From Euglena gracilis (lineage: Eukaryota), in NCBI GenBank assembly GCA_039621445.1, contig CP154954.1, forward strand, positions 5,681,919 through 5,745,918: a stretch of 64,000 nt of DNA, written 5' to 3'. The translations under genes and the position numbers were made by a program. Within the stretch, counting starts at the first letter, position 1, and each line of letters opens with the position of its first letter. This document shows, in pieces, positions 49,541-62,200 of this stretch. Under the pieces are notes generated by a model that saw nothing but the letters and a program-made list of their open reading frames with translations, ran no database searches and was not told where the DNA came from.

Positions 49541-49960
49541 TGGATTTCCCAGGACTACCACGTCCGGGAGGAGTACGTCAGGGACGTACTCCGCCGCCTG
49601 GGAGTCTACCCGGAGGTCGACGCCTTTTCTGCCAAAGAAAACCGCAGGTTCGTCCGCTGGTGGGGGCCAGGGAGCAGGGAGGGAGAAGATACCTTCAAGC
49701 AGGACTGGGGCAGGGAGGTTTTGTGGATCAACCCACCTTATAAAAAAATACAGGAGGTTCTCGAAAAAATCAGGAGGGATCAGGCCCATGCCATCCTGGT
49801 GATCCCCAGGTGGCCAGGCCGGCGTTGGTACAGGGAGGCCAGGGGCTTGGCAGTGCGCCAAGTCACGTTCCCTCAGGGAAAACGATTTTTCGGCAGAGGG
49901 GAGGAGTTGTGCTGGGGGACCAAGGGGCCCATCACAGCCTTTTTGCTGTGCGGGCACCCA
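49541..49960 (+). CDS. Dam-like amino-methyltransferase domain of element C pol
   Basis: QDYHV...PEVDAFSAKENRRF...QDWGREVLWINPPY...ILVIPRWPGRRWY. Confidence 0.9.
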
Positions 49961-50113
49961 GACCGGTGCACGCTGGAGGAGGTGACACGAAGGGGGAGGG
50001 AGAAAAAAACCAGGTTCGGGACACATTTTTCAGGGCCACCCCCAGGGACAGGGGGGGCCACAGGGGAGGTCACGCCGGCACACCTGGGGCAGGTGGGGAG
50101 AGCGGACCAGCCC

Positions 50114-50720
50114 AGGCGGATGCTGGACCTGTTCTGCGGGACAGGTTCAGTAGGGGACGTCTACCGCAGCCTGGGTTACCAGGTCACGTCGGTGGACGTG
50201 GACCCCAGGTGGCGGCCAGACATTTGTGTTGACGTGCTGAAATGGAATTTTAAAAAACAGTTCCAGCCTGGGGATTTTGAGGTGGTGGTGTGCGGGGTCC
50301 CCTGCACCGAATTCAGCCTGGCGCTGACCACCAGGGAACGAGATTTTAAATTGGCTGATCGGCTGGTGCAGCGGGCCCTGGCCATCATCCGGTACCTCCG
50401 CCCACGGCGGTGGTGGCTGTAAAACCCCCGGTACGGGTACCTGCGGACCCGCAGGTACATGGCAGGGATCCCACACGTGGACGTGGATTACTGCCAGTAT
50501 GCAGACTGGGGCTACCAGAAGCCCACCAGGATATGGGGCAGCCCCCATGTCCTGGGTCTCCGGCCACGGGTGTGTGACGGCCGGACCTGCACCAACCTGG
50601 AAAGCCCAGTACCTGAGGGGGGACGAAAGGGACGGCACAAAATTCGGCTCAGCAGCAAACACCAAAACCTGCCCAGGCACCTGAAATATCGGATCCCAGA
50701 GGCGCTCATCCGTGACCTGG
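50114..50720 (+). pseudogene. C5-cytosine DNA methyltransferase domain of element C pol (in-frame TAA at the motif VI Glu)
   Basis: Motif I MLDLFCGTGS, II SVDVD, III VDV, IV CGVPCTEFS, VI WWL*NP (ENP), VIII-like DYCQY..WGYQKPTRIW, X-like YRIPEALI. Confidence 0.9.
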
Positions 50721-50789
50721 CCACAGCACCGGCACCGGAGGCCCACGCTGCCGGGTCTCCGGAGCCAGAGCGGGACCCCCAGACAGAGC

Positions 50790-53164
50790 GAGGGGTGCCC
50801 TCGGTCTTGCTCCGTGAGGTGGGGCAGGGTGCCAGTGAACGGCAGCTGCTGATGCGGGTGCAGGCCAGGGGGCCAGACGGACAGACCCACTTCATCAACG
50901 CCCTCATTGACACAGGGGCAGAGGTGAACCTGGTCCGAAGAGGCATGCTACCCAGCACATACCTCCTGCCTGCCCCCAAGCCCCTGTCCCTGGTGACGGC
51001 TAGTGGAGCCAAGATGGAAGGGGGGGAACGTGAGGCAACCCTGGGCCTGGTCCTCCGGCGGGAGGGGGGCCTGGGTCAGGGGGAAGGGGCCCTGTGGACG
51101 GCCCCAGCCTCCTTCTATGAGGCAGACATCCACGTGGAGGCCATCATCGGCTTTCCGTGGCTGGAGGAAAACCAGCTCGGGGTGTTTCCACATCTCCGAG
51201 CCTTGGCATTGAGGGGAGAGCAGGTGGTCCTCCTTCGGGGACATGATGCGGAGGGTGAGCAAGTTCAGCCAGCAGCCCACAAAAAGGCACAAAAGCGAGT
51301 GAGATACCTGAAAATGGTGGAAAAAGTCAGAGCACTGCGGCTTGCTTTGCCAGAGGCAGCCCTGGGGGAGGACACCGAGGAGCCTGAGTGGGAGGAAAAC
51401 CCCCTGCACGAGGATGAGGCGACCCAGGAGACAGTGGCCAAGGAACTCCTGCGGGCAGCCCGGGAGGTCGAAGCACGGGCAGCCCAAGGGGTCATCCTTG
51501 TTCCCGAAGGGGAACAGGTGACCAGCCAGCGGGCTGAGGAGCTCCGGGCAGCCCTCCGGAGGGACTTCGAGGGGGAGGTTCTCCGAGACAGGATTTGGGG
51601 GGAAAGAATCGTTCGGGGGCCCCTGGGGGAAGGGAAAATCGAATTAAAACCGGGATCTGTGGCAAAGAAACAGAGGCCCATCCACCTGACGGGGGAGAGG
51701 CACAGGGCCTTGTGTGACCTAGTGGATGAGTGGGTTCGGGACAAGAAGGTGGAGGAGGGGGTGCCAAGTGCCTGGAGCAGCCCCACATTCGTGGTGGCCA
51801 AGAAACAGGGGAAGTGGCGTGGGGTTGTGGATTTCCGGGCATTAAACGAGGCCACAGTGACGGATGCTTACCCCCTCCCCAGGATTGAAGACATCCTGGT
51901 GAACCAGGGACGGAGGTACCTGTTCTCCGTCCTTGATCTCAAGGATGCCTTCCATCAGGTGCCCCTGCACGAAGACTCACGCCCATACACCTGCTGCAGC
52001 ACCCCCCGAGGGTCCAAGCAGTGGTGTGTGGTCGTGATGGGCCTGAAAAATGGAGTGGCCATTTTTCAGCGGGTGATCGACTACTCGCTGAGGGATGTGG
52101 CTGATGTCGCCAACCCATATGTTGACGACATCATCGTGGGGACCGAGTGGTGTGGCACGGAGGAAGCTACCCTGGAGGCACACGACCAGGACATAAGGCG
52201 AGTGTTGGGGGCACTGCGGGAACACCGCCTGGTCGTGGACAAAAACAAGTGCCGCTTCTTCGTAAGAGAAGTGGAGTTCTGTGGCCACATCCTGGGGGGA
52301 GGAAAACGGAGGCCAGCCCCGGGCAAACTCATGGCGCTGGAGAAGTGGGAGGAGCCCCGCACGATCACAGCCCTCAGGGGCTTTCTGGGCTTCACCAACT
52401 ACTACTCCAGCTACGTGAAGGAGTATGCCCGGTATGCAGCCCCCCTGATGGAACTCCTCAAGGTGGGACGTGTGGAAGGGAAAAAAGGCAGCAAAAAACC
52501 TGTGAAATTCGTACAAGAACAGCGGGAGGCCTTCACCGCCCTGAAGCAGGAGCTCCTCCGGGGATTGGAGCTCCACACCATCAACCCGGACCAGCCATTC
52601 ATCCTCCGGGTTGATGCGAGCGACAAGGCGGTGGGGGCAGCCCTGGAACAGTTTTTGGAGCCAACAGAGGGGATGCCCACAGCCGTGGAAGCCACTACAC
52701 GGAAAACCGTGCCTGTGGCCTTCTGCTCCAGGAAACTCACGGCTGGGCAGGTGAAGAGCTGGTCTCCGCGAGAGAAGGAGACTTACGCCATCATCCTGGC
52801 CCTCCAAAAATGGGCCTCCTACATCGGCCTGCAGCCGGTGTTGGTCCTCACGGACCACAAGTCCCTGGAGGCCTGGGCCAAGGAAACCCTGGACACGCCC
52901 AGCGGACCTGCGGGAAGGCGGGGACGCTGGCATGAAATGTTCTCCCGGTTTGACCTTCACGTGGTCTACATCCCGGGAAAGGAAAATGTGGTGGCGGATG
53001 CCCTCAGCAGATGGGCATATCCTGCCTCCAAGGCATTTGCCGACATCAGCCTCCACGGGAGCGAGGAGGATGATGAGGCAATGAGGGCCATGATCGAAGA
53101 AGAACGGAGGGAAGAGCGAGAATGCGGGACACGGCACGGGGGGAGGAACTCCACGTGGCGGTAA
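50790..53164 (+). CDS. Element C protease-RT-RNase H
   Basis: ALIDTGA, AIIGFPWL; WRGVVDFRALN, LDLKDAFHQV, YVDD; RVDASDKAVG, FCSRKL, EKETYAI, TDHKSL, NVVADALSR. Confidence 0.97.
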
Positions 53165-53599
53165 CAACACGCAGTGGGAGAGACACAGCAGCACAGCACA
53201 GACCTGGCCCCAGCCCCACAGAGGGGGAGGGGGCTGAGGATTCAGTGCCAGGGGGCCCTGGCCCTGACCCCACAGGGGGGGAGGGGCCTGTGGACGCCCC
53301 CTCGGGAGATTCGGGTCCCATCCTCGCGGGAGGGGAGGGGCCTGGGGTACCTGGGTTGGACACGCGGGAGACACGAGGTTCCCCACGTGCCCATCTTTTC
53401 GTGGATGAATTCGGGAATGAACAGCCGGCAAGAAGGGGGGGACCTGAGGAACACCAACCAGGGCGAAGAGTTCTGAGTGAGGACCTGCAGCCAAACCCCC
53501 TCATCGATGATCCCCACGGGGGGGATCTCGGGGAACCTGTGGGGGAACCAATTTCACTTTCTCCAGACACGGGGGTGCACACCCAGGAGGAGGTGGAGG

Positions 53600-55092
53600 A
53601 GGATCCCACCATCCCAGTGATGGAAAGGGATTGGTCTCGGGCATACGGGACATGCCCGGTGTGGGGGCCTATTTATGCAAGTGTGCAGGCCCCTGCGGGA
53701 GATTGGCCTGAGGGAGTCCGTTTGTACGGGGACAAAATGTACACGGACGGGCTCCTCTGCGTGCCCACCAGCCTGATGGGGCTCGTGGTCCGGGCCCACC
53801 ACGGGGACGCGGGCCACCCGGGAGCCTCCAGGCAGATCCAAGGGGGGCAGAGAAAATCACCCAAGGCATCCAGCGGCAATGTGAAATCTGCCAAGCCTGT
53901 GACCCCTCTCGAGCACCTTTCAAGTGTGCTCTCGAAGCCACCCCTGTGCCACCGTTCCTCATGGACAGTGTGGCAGTGGACCTGTTCGCCATGCCTGAGG
54001 TGACCCACGAGGGCCAGGTGTATGATTATCTGGCCCTGTGCGTGGACCGTGAGAGTGGGTGGACAGTGGCCACCCCCCACAAGTACAAGGGCCTGACAGC
54101 TGAGGTGGTGGCCAAGGCCATGTTCCGCCACTGGGACATGTTCGGGGTGCCCTCTGTGGTGACCTCGGACCGTGGCCCCCACTTTGCTTCGGCTTGGTGG
54201 CAAACAATGTGCGCCGCCATGGGGGTGAGGCGTGCCTACGGGCAGGCCTACCACCACCAGGCCAACGGTCGGGCAGAGGTGGCAGGCCAACGGGTGATGA
54301 ACACCCTGTCCAAGCTCATCGCTGACCTGTCGGAGAAGGAGGCCTCATGGGTGGTGCTGTTACCCAAGGCCCTCCGGCACCTGCACGATGTGCCAGGGGA
54401 GTCCGGCTTGTCGCCCTACGAGGTGGTCTTCGGGCGGCACCGGCCACTCCAAGGCCTGCCCCACCAGCCCCCACGAGAGGCCGAGGGGGCAGCCAACTTC
54501 ACGGATGCGGGCTATGGACGAGAAGGTGGCCTCCACCCTGAACGCCCTGCACGACAAGAGGTGGGCTTCCATCAACGCCAGGAGAAGAGACCCACCTCCC
54601 CTGGAGGTCGGTGCCAAGGTGTGGTACCGCCCCGAGACACAGCCGGGCACAGACAAGCTAGCCACCAAGTGGAAAAGGGGGACGGTGGTGGCCCGCCGGG
54701 GTCGCCACTCTTATGTGGTGGAGCTGGCTCCAGGGGCACGCCAAGAGGCACACCGGAGCCAGCTCAAGCTCCACACGGAGGATGAGTTCTCCACCGACCC
54801 CCTCCCACTTTTCTATTTCAACGACAAGGCGGCCCCCCTGGAGGTGGGCCCGGATGAGTGGGTGGTGGAGGAGATCGTGGGCAGCCGGAACAACCCGGAA
54901 ACGGGCGTCCCGGAATTTCAGGTGAGGTGGAAAAATTGGGATCCGACGGATCTCCAATGGCTGCCTTGGTCGGATTTCTTCCCCTCCTACAACGAGGATG
55001 TGGTGGATTATTGTGCAGCCAAGGGGATCCCGTTGGAGGTGGTGGGACTTCTCCGCCCCGGGAGGAAAGAGGGGCGGGGTCGAAGGCAATAG
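53600..55092 (+). pseudogene. Element C integrase plus chromodomain (frameshifted)
   Basis: HHGDAGHPG, VAVDLF, VTSDRGPHF, HHQANGRAE, SPYEVVFGR; chromodomain WVVEEIVGSR...FQVRWKNWDPTDLQWLP. Confidence 0.93.
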
Positions 55093-56270
55093 GGGGAGGG
55101 TTTGAGGTGGAAGCGGGGGGAAGTTGGGTGCGGGGACTGTGGTGGTGGCGGAGCACCCCTACGTCCCTGGCCCTGATTCTGATTTTGTTTGTGTGATTGT
55201 TATTTGTGTCTTCGCAGGTTCAACTTCAATTTCAAATTCAGATTTCAAACCCCTGCGACCGCCCCTTGGCTACGGGCGTGGGGCCGGTGGCCCCAGAAGC
55301 CGGGGGCCTGGTGGCCCTCTCAAGGGGACAGGACGCCCGGGCGGGGCGAGGAGGCCACACAACTGCACGGGGGTGGGCTCCCATCCCCAAGGGCCCCTGG
55401 GGGGCCCACATTCTCCCCCCCCCCAGGGCTGGCCTCGCCCAACACCCGCGGCCACAGAGCGCCCGCCCAGGGCGAGTGCCCCCCGGCGCCCACTCGCCGC
55501 ACGCGCTCAACACCGCACGGTGCGGCACCCGGGCGCCGAGGGGGCCCACAAGGCCGCTAGGACCCAAGGGGGGGCCTCGAGCCCCTGCATTCTTTCAGTT
55601 CTGCCCTTCACATCACCGGTTTGATTTCTTTTTCGATTTCAGTTTTGAATTTTGGAGGGCCCCGCCAAGGCGGGGGGGCTGACGGCGGACACCCCTCCTC
55701 GGCCCACCATGCCGGGGGGGGGGGCATTTACCATTTTAACCAATTTTTGATGGTTGGCCACACCCATCTTCGGCCCACCGTGCCGACCCTCCAGCACGCA
55801 CCCCTGCCAAGCCCCCGGGGGCCTTTGGCCCCGGGATACCGGGCAAGGCGGGGCGGCCCTGCTGGGTTGGTCAAATGTTTCCTTCCGAACATGCAGGAGC
55901 TTTCCACCCCGGGCCAAGCAGGGCCTGGGGGGGGGATCACAATTACACATTGGCATCGAGTGTTTCGGGGGGGGGGGCAGTCCGCCCCTACCCATGGGCC
56001 AAGAAGGCTCACGGGACCGGAGGGGGAGCGGAGGGGCCCCAAGCGGTGCCTCCCCGGGTCACGAGCCCGGAGGCGCCCGGCCCCCTTCTCGCCCCTCCCT
56101 TGTACCCCCTCCCCGACAGCACGCGCCACACACGGCACGTGGCGCCACCGCTTGTGCGTTTCAACAAGAAAAAAATACAAATTTTTACAGAGGCGGGAAA
56201 GCAAAAGGGGGGGGGGGCGGCACCTCGGACCGGCAAAGGAGTCGAATTTAAATTGCACGGCAATTTTTTT

Positions 56271-56282
56271 GAGGAGGGGAGG
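56271..56282 (+). promoter_or_regulatory. Polypurine tract of element C
   Basis: GAGGAGGGGAGG after a T-run and immediately before the 3' LTR. Confidence 0.85.
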
Positions 56283-59200
56283 GTGCGCGGTCCGAGGGTG
56301 CCCGCCCCAAGGAGGGGTCCCAAGGGGGCCCAAAGGGGCCACGAAGGGCCGCAAGGGTGCTCCAAGGCCTCCAGGGGCCTTTTGAGGCCCCACTGGCCCC
56401 CAAGGGGGCCCCACAGCCCATTTTGAGCAAGCCAAGGGAAGGTAAAGGAGGGGGCAGTTTGAGGGGGCCAACAGGCAACCCCCAAGGGGATGCGCAAGCC
56501 CCTCCGGGCTTTGCGCAAGCATGCGCACCCCCTTGGTGGGCGATGGGGATGGCGCAATTCATTAAGAATTGCGCAAAGTATACCAAGTAGCCCCCCCAGC
56601 TGTAGCCCCCCTCAATTGTACATTTTCTGTTCACAGGGCTCTGTTTACTCTATTCACTGTGTTGTCACATTGTCATTCAATTGTGCATTGCAAAGGACAC
56701 CAAGGAAATAACAATTACAATTTCAAGTTCAAATCTCATTGATCAAGAATCCAAGTTCATTTGTTGAGGCAAAGTATGTCTTTTCCCCATTATTCAACAT
56801 CAACATCCCCATCTACACCAACACCCACCCCCACCCCACTTTATCACCAAGGGGAAAACCCCCACCAGGTGGGCCCAACGGGCTCAAACAAAAACGATCC
56901 TACGCAGGTTGCGCCGCCAGGGGTCCCTTCACAGGGACCTCAGGAGGGGCAACCCCTACACCCTTTGTGCAGCAATTGGCCCATCAAAGTCCTGAAGGCT
57001 GAGTCATATCTTTTGACATTTCCCAGATTTTTTATGTAAGTATCGATACTGGACATCGAAACTTTCTGGGATTGTAATATTTGCCTGACACAATCAAGCA
57101 GGCCAAATTCCACCTTAGGGGGGGCATCTCCTCCCCCCAGCAGTTGGTGAACAGACCCCACTGGGGGGGTACTAGCAAAACCTTGCTGCCTGGCTGCCTG
57201 ATTGACATTAATTGGCGCCACCATGATGTCGAAGCCCAGTGGGGTACGATCAACAGACAAATTAGGTCTGGGTTTAACATTAATCTCTGAACCCATTGGG
57301 GAATGATGCTCCAGGGGGGGTTTGCATAAACTGGGGGGAGGCCCCTCAAATCTGCCTTCAAGGCATCCACCAGCAAAGCTCCTTGGTGGGGGTATCGACA
57401 AACAAACTTGGGGAATTTTTTGTTGCTGGGTGTGCAAAACATGTCCACCTCTGGGGTGATTTCCTTTCTGAAAAACTGAAGAATTTGGTGAAAGATGTTT
57501 AGGTTTAGGGTATAATCCCCTGGGTCCTTTTGCTCCCTGGTCAGGGAGTCTGCCAATTGCTCCTTGTGGGAACCCAAACCACCTGCAAATTGATTTGGTT
57601 TTCTTGGCAATGATACAGCAGGGGTTTTAAGATGGAATTTAGGTATGGATTTTTGCCTCCCCATTTTGTTAAATAACTTACAGCCACCTGGCTGTCCACG
57701 TGAAGCACAATTGTTTGTTTTGGTTTGGCCAGTGCCTGTACTGTTTCCACTGCAGCCTGCAACTCTTTTTGATTGATATGAAGGACATGCAGGTCCCTCC
57801 AAAAATCCTGCACCTTTTGGCCTGAAGCTTTGTCCAGCCCCCCCCACTGCCAGGTGCTGCTGTCTGAAAAGAGCTCCTGAGAGGCCTGGGACTGAAATGC
57901 CCTGCCCACACCTGGCTGTAAAAAGGCTTTTAACTCCACAATTTGATCCTTGAGCCCCTGGGGAATGGTCAGGGTGTGGTGCCAACCCCACTTTGTGTGC
58001 AAATCCACCATTTTGCAAAGTTGATCTGTCAGAATTCTGAGAAATGGCATTGAAACTAAATAGCTTCTGACTTGTCCCACAATAGAACTGAGTTTTCTGC
58101 AGCTCATTTTCTGTGCTGTGAGCACTTTGCCTAGCTCCTCTCTTAAGGATTTTAGTTTTTCCTGAGGAATTTCCAATTGGCCTTTTTTCAAATTGATCCA
58201 TTGGCCCAAATGTTTTATTTCCTGTGTGGGTTCCAGACAGGATTTGGGGAGGTTTAATCTGAAACCTGCCAGTAAAAGGTCTATTTTTACTTCTGCCAAA
58301 TGTTGGGCTGCTGTCTTTTTGCTGGGGGCTAACAGCAAAATGTCGTCCAGGTAGATGAAAACTACCTTGCCTTCCTTTCTCCATTTTCTTTCCCAGACTC
58401 TCATAAGAGTCATAAATTTTTGTGGCAGGCTGCTTATACCAAAGCATGCAGCCTGAAATTGCCACGTTTCCCCCCCCCACCTGCATGCACACATGTTTTT
58501 CCAGACTGCTGTGCAGTTTTAAGTGGAAATATGCATCTTTCAGGTCTATTTTTCCACGGAACCAACCTTTTCTTAGATATGGGAAGATGTTTCCCATGTG
58601 TTCCAATCTGAATTTCTGGGGGGTGAAATGGAGATTTAACTGTCGACAATCTGAAATCAGTCTTTCCCTGGTCTTTTCCCCTTCCTTTTTGGAAATGATA
58701 AAATAAGGGACAAAATGTTTTGCCTCCTGTGGGGTGATTTGCCTGGTTGCCCCTGCACATTCGTATTCTCTCAGAATTTTCTGGGCAGTCCTTATTTCTT
58801 GGGGAGTTTTGAAGGGAACTTTTAAGGACATCTGAGGGGGGAGGGGAAGATCTGCCCTGACCCCTTCCCTTATTAGGTTTAATACCTCTGTGCTGGCTCC
58901 TGCCTCGACCCAATGGGGGATGCTGGCCTGCAGGGCCCTGTAGGGGGGCACCCCTGGGTATAATGTGTCTGGGGATTCCACAGGCCCCATCACTGGGGTC
59001 CTTTCCCCTGGCTGCCCCATCACTGGGGTCCATTCCCCTGGCTGCCCCATCACTGGGGTTGCCTCTGGCCCTGCCATAGGGCTGCTCAAAGACAGGCTTT
59101 CCCCCTGTTTTTGAAAGACGGGGGAAGGTCTGTGGTGGGGAGGTACATATAATGCTGGGGGGTGAGGGCTGATTACCTTCTGGGGGGGCCCTGGTGTAGC

Positions 59201-62200
59201 CAATCTTGGGCCTCCCCCCCAAGGGCTGATATCTTGAATGTACTGGCCTCCAGTGGCCACCTGAATTTGCTTGAAATGGCCTCCATTGGCCTTGATATCT
59301 TGATTGTAATGGCCTCCATTGGCCTTCAGGGCCATCTGGCCTTCTTGGTCTCCATTGACCTTCTCTCCAGCACTTTTCTTGTGTCTTCTTTTTCCCTCTT
59401 GGTTCCCCAGATGAGCCACCATGGCTGAATTTTTCTGAGGGGTTTGATGCCACCTGTCTTGGCTGTGGCTTGCTTCCCCTGGGGGGAATGATTTTGAGGG
59501 TTCTGGGGGGATAGTTGGACATACCTCTCCCCACTGGGGTCCCCTGCTGGGATTCTGGGTTCTGTGTCCTTGAGAATGGGCACCATGCCCTTTTGAATGA
59601 TGGCTGCCATAGCCTTGGGCCCCAGGCCCTGTAGATAGATGGCCGCCATGGCCATTTTGAGGAGGGTTTCCACCTTCCTGACTTGAACCCTTTGAACTTG
59701 TCATATTTCCCCTGCCATAGGGGTGGGGATGAGAAGGGGGATGGGTAGTCTGCCAGACCTGTTTTTCCCGCTCCTGACAATGTTTCCTTGATTGATGACT
59801 GTGATGGGTCCCCATGACCCAATGGGCCTTGCCCTGGATGGCTCCTCTGACGCTTTGCTCTGACCACGAGTGTCCAGGGTCCATGGCCGTCAGAAAAGCT
59901 TTGTTGAAAACAGGAAATTTCTGACGAACTGGGGGGCGGAAGGGTTGCGACGGCCACGGACGGACGTGTTGGCCCTGCTCCATCAGGTACTCCAGCGCCT
60001 GCAGTTCCTCGGTGTTTTCCAGCTTCGGCTGTCTGTCTTGAACGTCCTTGTGCTCCCACTTCCTCTTGACAGCTTGAAATTTTTTCCAACACATCTTTCA
60101 TTGAATTCCGTTGAACACGTGTTTGATTTTTGAATGTCTGTGTCTTCAGTATTGACCGCACTCGTAGTGTTGAAATTCTTTCTCCTTGAGGTCGAAGGGC
60201 AGAAATAGCAATCAGCCAACTCCGGCAACAAAAAGCAGTAAGAAGCACCCCCCGCGCACGCACAAACACAGAACAGAACAGCCGGCAAGGAAAGCAGGAC
60301 CTCACCATCTCGCAGTGCGGAGCCCGAATGGTCTTCTGCAAGAGGGGGGGGTGGACACCACCCACTGGAAACCCCACAGCACCAGAGGACCTGGGGTTTT
60401 ATGGTGGAAAATGCTGGTTTGCAAGTGGAAGAAGTCCAGCAATTGGGTCAGTGGAAAAATTTTGGGGCCTTCCAAGCTCATTATTTACGACTCGGTGTCG
60501 TTTCAAAAATTCAAAATCTTATGGCCCAAAGGGGAGTGCACAGTACCTCACCATCTCGAAGTGCGGAGCCCGAATGGTCTCGGACTCCCACGACAGAGGA
60601 AGGGGGAGGAATGGACCAAGAGGGCGAAGCACAAGAAGATGGTGAGCCCAACCCCCCCACCCAAAAAATCAGCAGAAAAAGAAAGACATCCCAACCAGAA
60701 AGGGGGCCCCCACCCAAGCAACCCCAACCACCCACCCAGAAACACAAAGAGAGACAACCATCCCCATCGAGGGGGGGGGGGCCACCAAGCAAACATGGGA
60801 GAGGGCGGGGCCACGACGGTTCAGCTTCGCCACGGTGTCGGAGGAGGCCTTATCATCGCCAACTCCGGCAACAAAGGCGCAGTAAGAAGCACCCCCCGCG
60901 CACACACAAACACACCAGAGCAGAACAGCCGGCAAGGAAAGCAGGACCTCACCATCTTCTTGTGCTTCGCCCTCTTGGTCCCTTCCTCCCCCTTCCTCTG
61001 TCGTGGGAGTCCGATACCCTTCGCGGAAGTTACTTGGACATGGCACATAGCTGGCATTTTTTTCTTGAGAAAAAAACGTTTTTTTGTTTTTTATTTTAAA
61101 AAAACGGGCAAAAAAAACGGCAAAAAAAAACAAAGGGGAAAATGATGGTCCAAACTTTGATCGCAAGGGTGAACCAATCTTAGCTCAAATGGCTTGAAAA
61201 CCAATACTTTTGGTTGTCTTCAACAAGAATGGTCAAAATAGGGCATTTTTCTGCCATTTTGGCTTGAAACCATTCCAAACTAACTTGAAACATCCCAAAT
61301 TTGGTGTCTTTCTCTGACCGAGGATGGGCAAAAAATCTGAAAAATAAGGTAAAAATTTTTTTTGCCCTGGACCCTCAATGGCGTTTTTTTTGTTTTTTTT
61401 AAAAAAAACATGTTTTTTTTTAAAAAACGTGTTTTTTGACTTCGTTTTAAACGAAGTGCCAGCTATGACATGGCAACATATGTTGACATCAGAGTGAAAC
61501 TGGTCTTGATTGATATGATGACATCAGATCTTGAAACTGGAAAACAACTTGATTCTTTTTTGTGGCGATGGCAAAGTTTCGCAAAGCTGGAGGGCAAACA
61601 GCGGCGGATGTTCGGCAACGCTGTTCTCTCTGATTCCATAGCACGTGGCACTGCCAATAGGGATGAATAACTGCAATTCTTTGGGTCAAACTCAGGCCTC
61701 ATTTGTATTCTCCCCACTCGGTCAGCCGATGGAACCAGGCTGAAGTTGACCAATTGACCAGGGGGGGGGTTTGGAGTTTTTTTCCAAAAAATTTGTCACT
61801 GGAAAGTCCGACAGCAAGCCCTGCTAAACCCGCCCCCCCCCCCAAAATAACCTGGCGGGGCCCTTGCGGGGCCCTGGCAGTGGCGGCAGGGGGAGGGGCA
61901 AAAAAGAAGCTTCCAGTAACTTGGCACCCGCTTTTTAAGGAAAATTCCTTTACGACGCTGAAAAAAAGGGCCCAAATAACCTGGGGGGGGCAGGGCCAAA
62001 AGTCGGTTCCAATAACATGGCACTCCGCCAGTTATTTGGATGGGGGGGGGGGTCAGCGAACCCCCCCCCCGTGACCCGACCTAAGATCCTTTTCGGCCAA
62101 TTTTTTTCTGAAAAAAATTGGCCGGTGATGCTAATTTGACAAAATATTCAGCTAGATTCCTGATTTTCAGGCATAAATTTTGCAAATTTTGGGATGCAAA

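Larger units (their letters stand above)
44272..56960 (+). mobile_element. Near-complete Ty3/Gypsy chromovirus-like element C with dual methyltransferases
   Basis: ~680-bp LTRs at 44272-44951 and 56282-56960; TSD CCCT (or CCCTT if the LTR starts at 44273); PBS and PPT present; gag-MT-DNMT-PR-RT-RH-INT-chromodomain. Confidence 0.95.
42995..60333 (-). mobile_element. DIRS1-like element D2 (60333-56961 plus 44271-42995), interrupted in its YR by Gypsy C
   Basis: Left ITR ~60215-60333, ICR ~43372-43472, right ITR plus extension 42995-~43150; RT-RH ~58990-57540 (YLDD), MT ~57530-57080 (YANPPW), YR 57057-56961 plus 44271-43400. Confidence 0.92.
39081..61014 (+). mobile_element. DIRS1-like element D1 (39081-42994 plus 60334-61014), interrupted in its YR by D2
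   Basis: Left ITR 39081-~39202, ICR ~60547-60646, right ITR plus extension ~60858-61014; RT-RH-MT-YR order; no TSD. Confidence 0.9.

Noticed and set aside
50420-50422. Alternative genetic code (TAA = Glu/Gln)
   Set aside because: It is a single instance; long ORFs are otherwise free of in-frame TAA, so a point mutation is the simpler explanation.
48968-50720. Bacterial or phage restriction-modification locus, or contamination
   Set aside because: The MTases are in frame with Gypsy PR-RT inside matched LTRs with a TSD, and no endonuclease is present.
57032-60377. 1020-aa and 647-aa ORFs as intact proteins
   Set aside because: They switch in and out of the true RT frame at homopolymer indels; stop-poor composition keeps alternative frames open.
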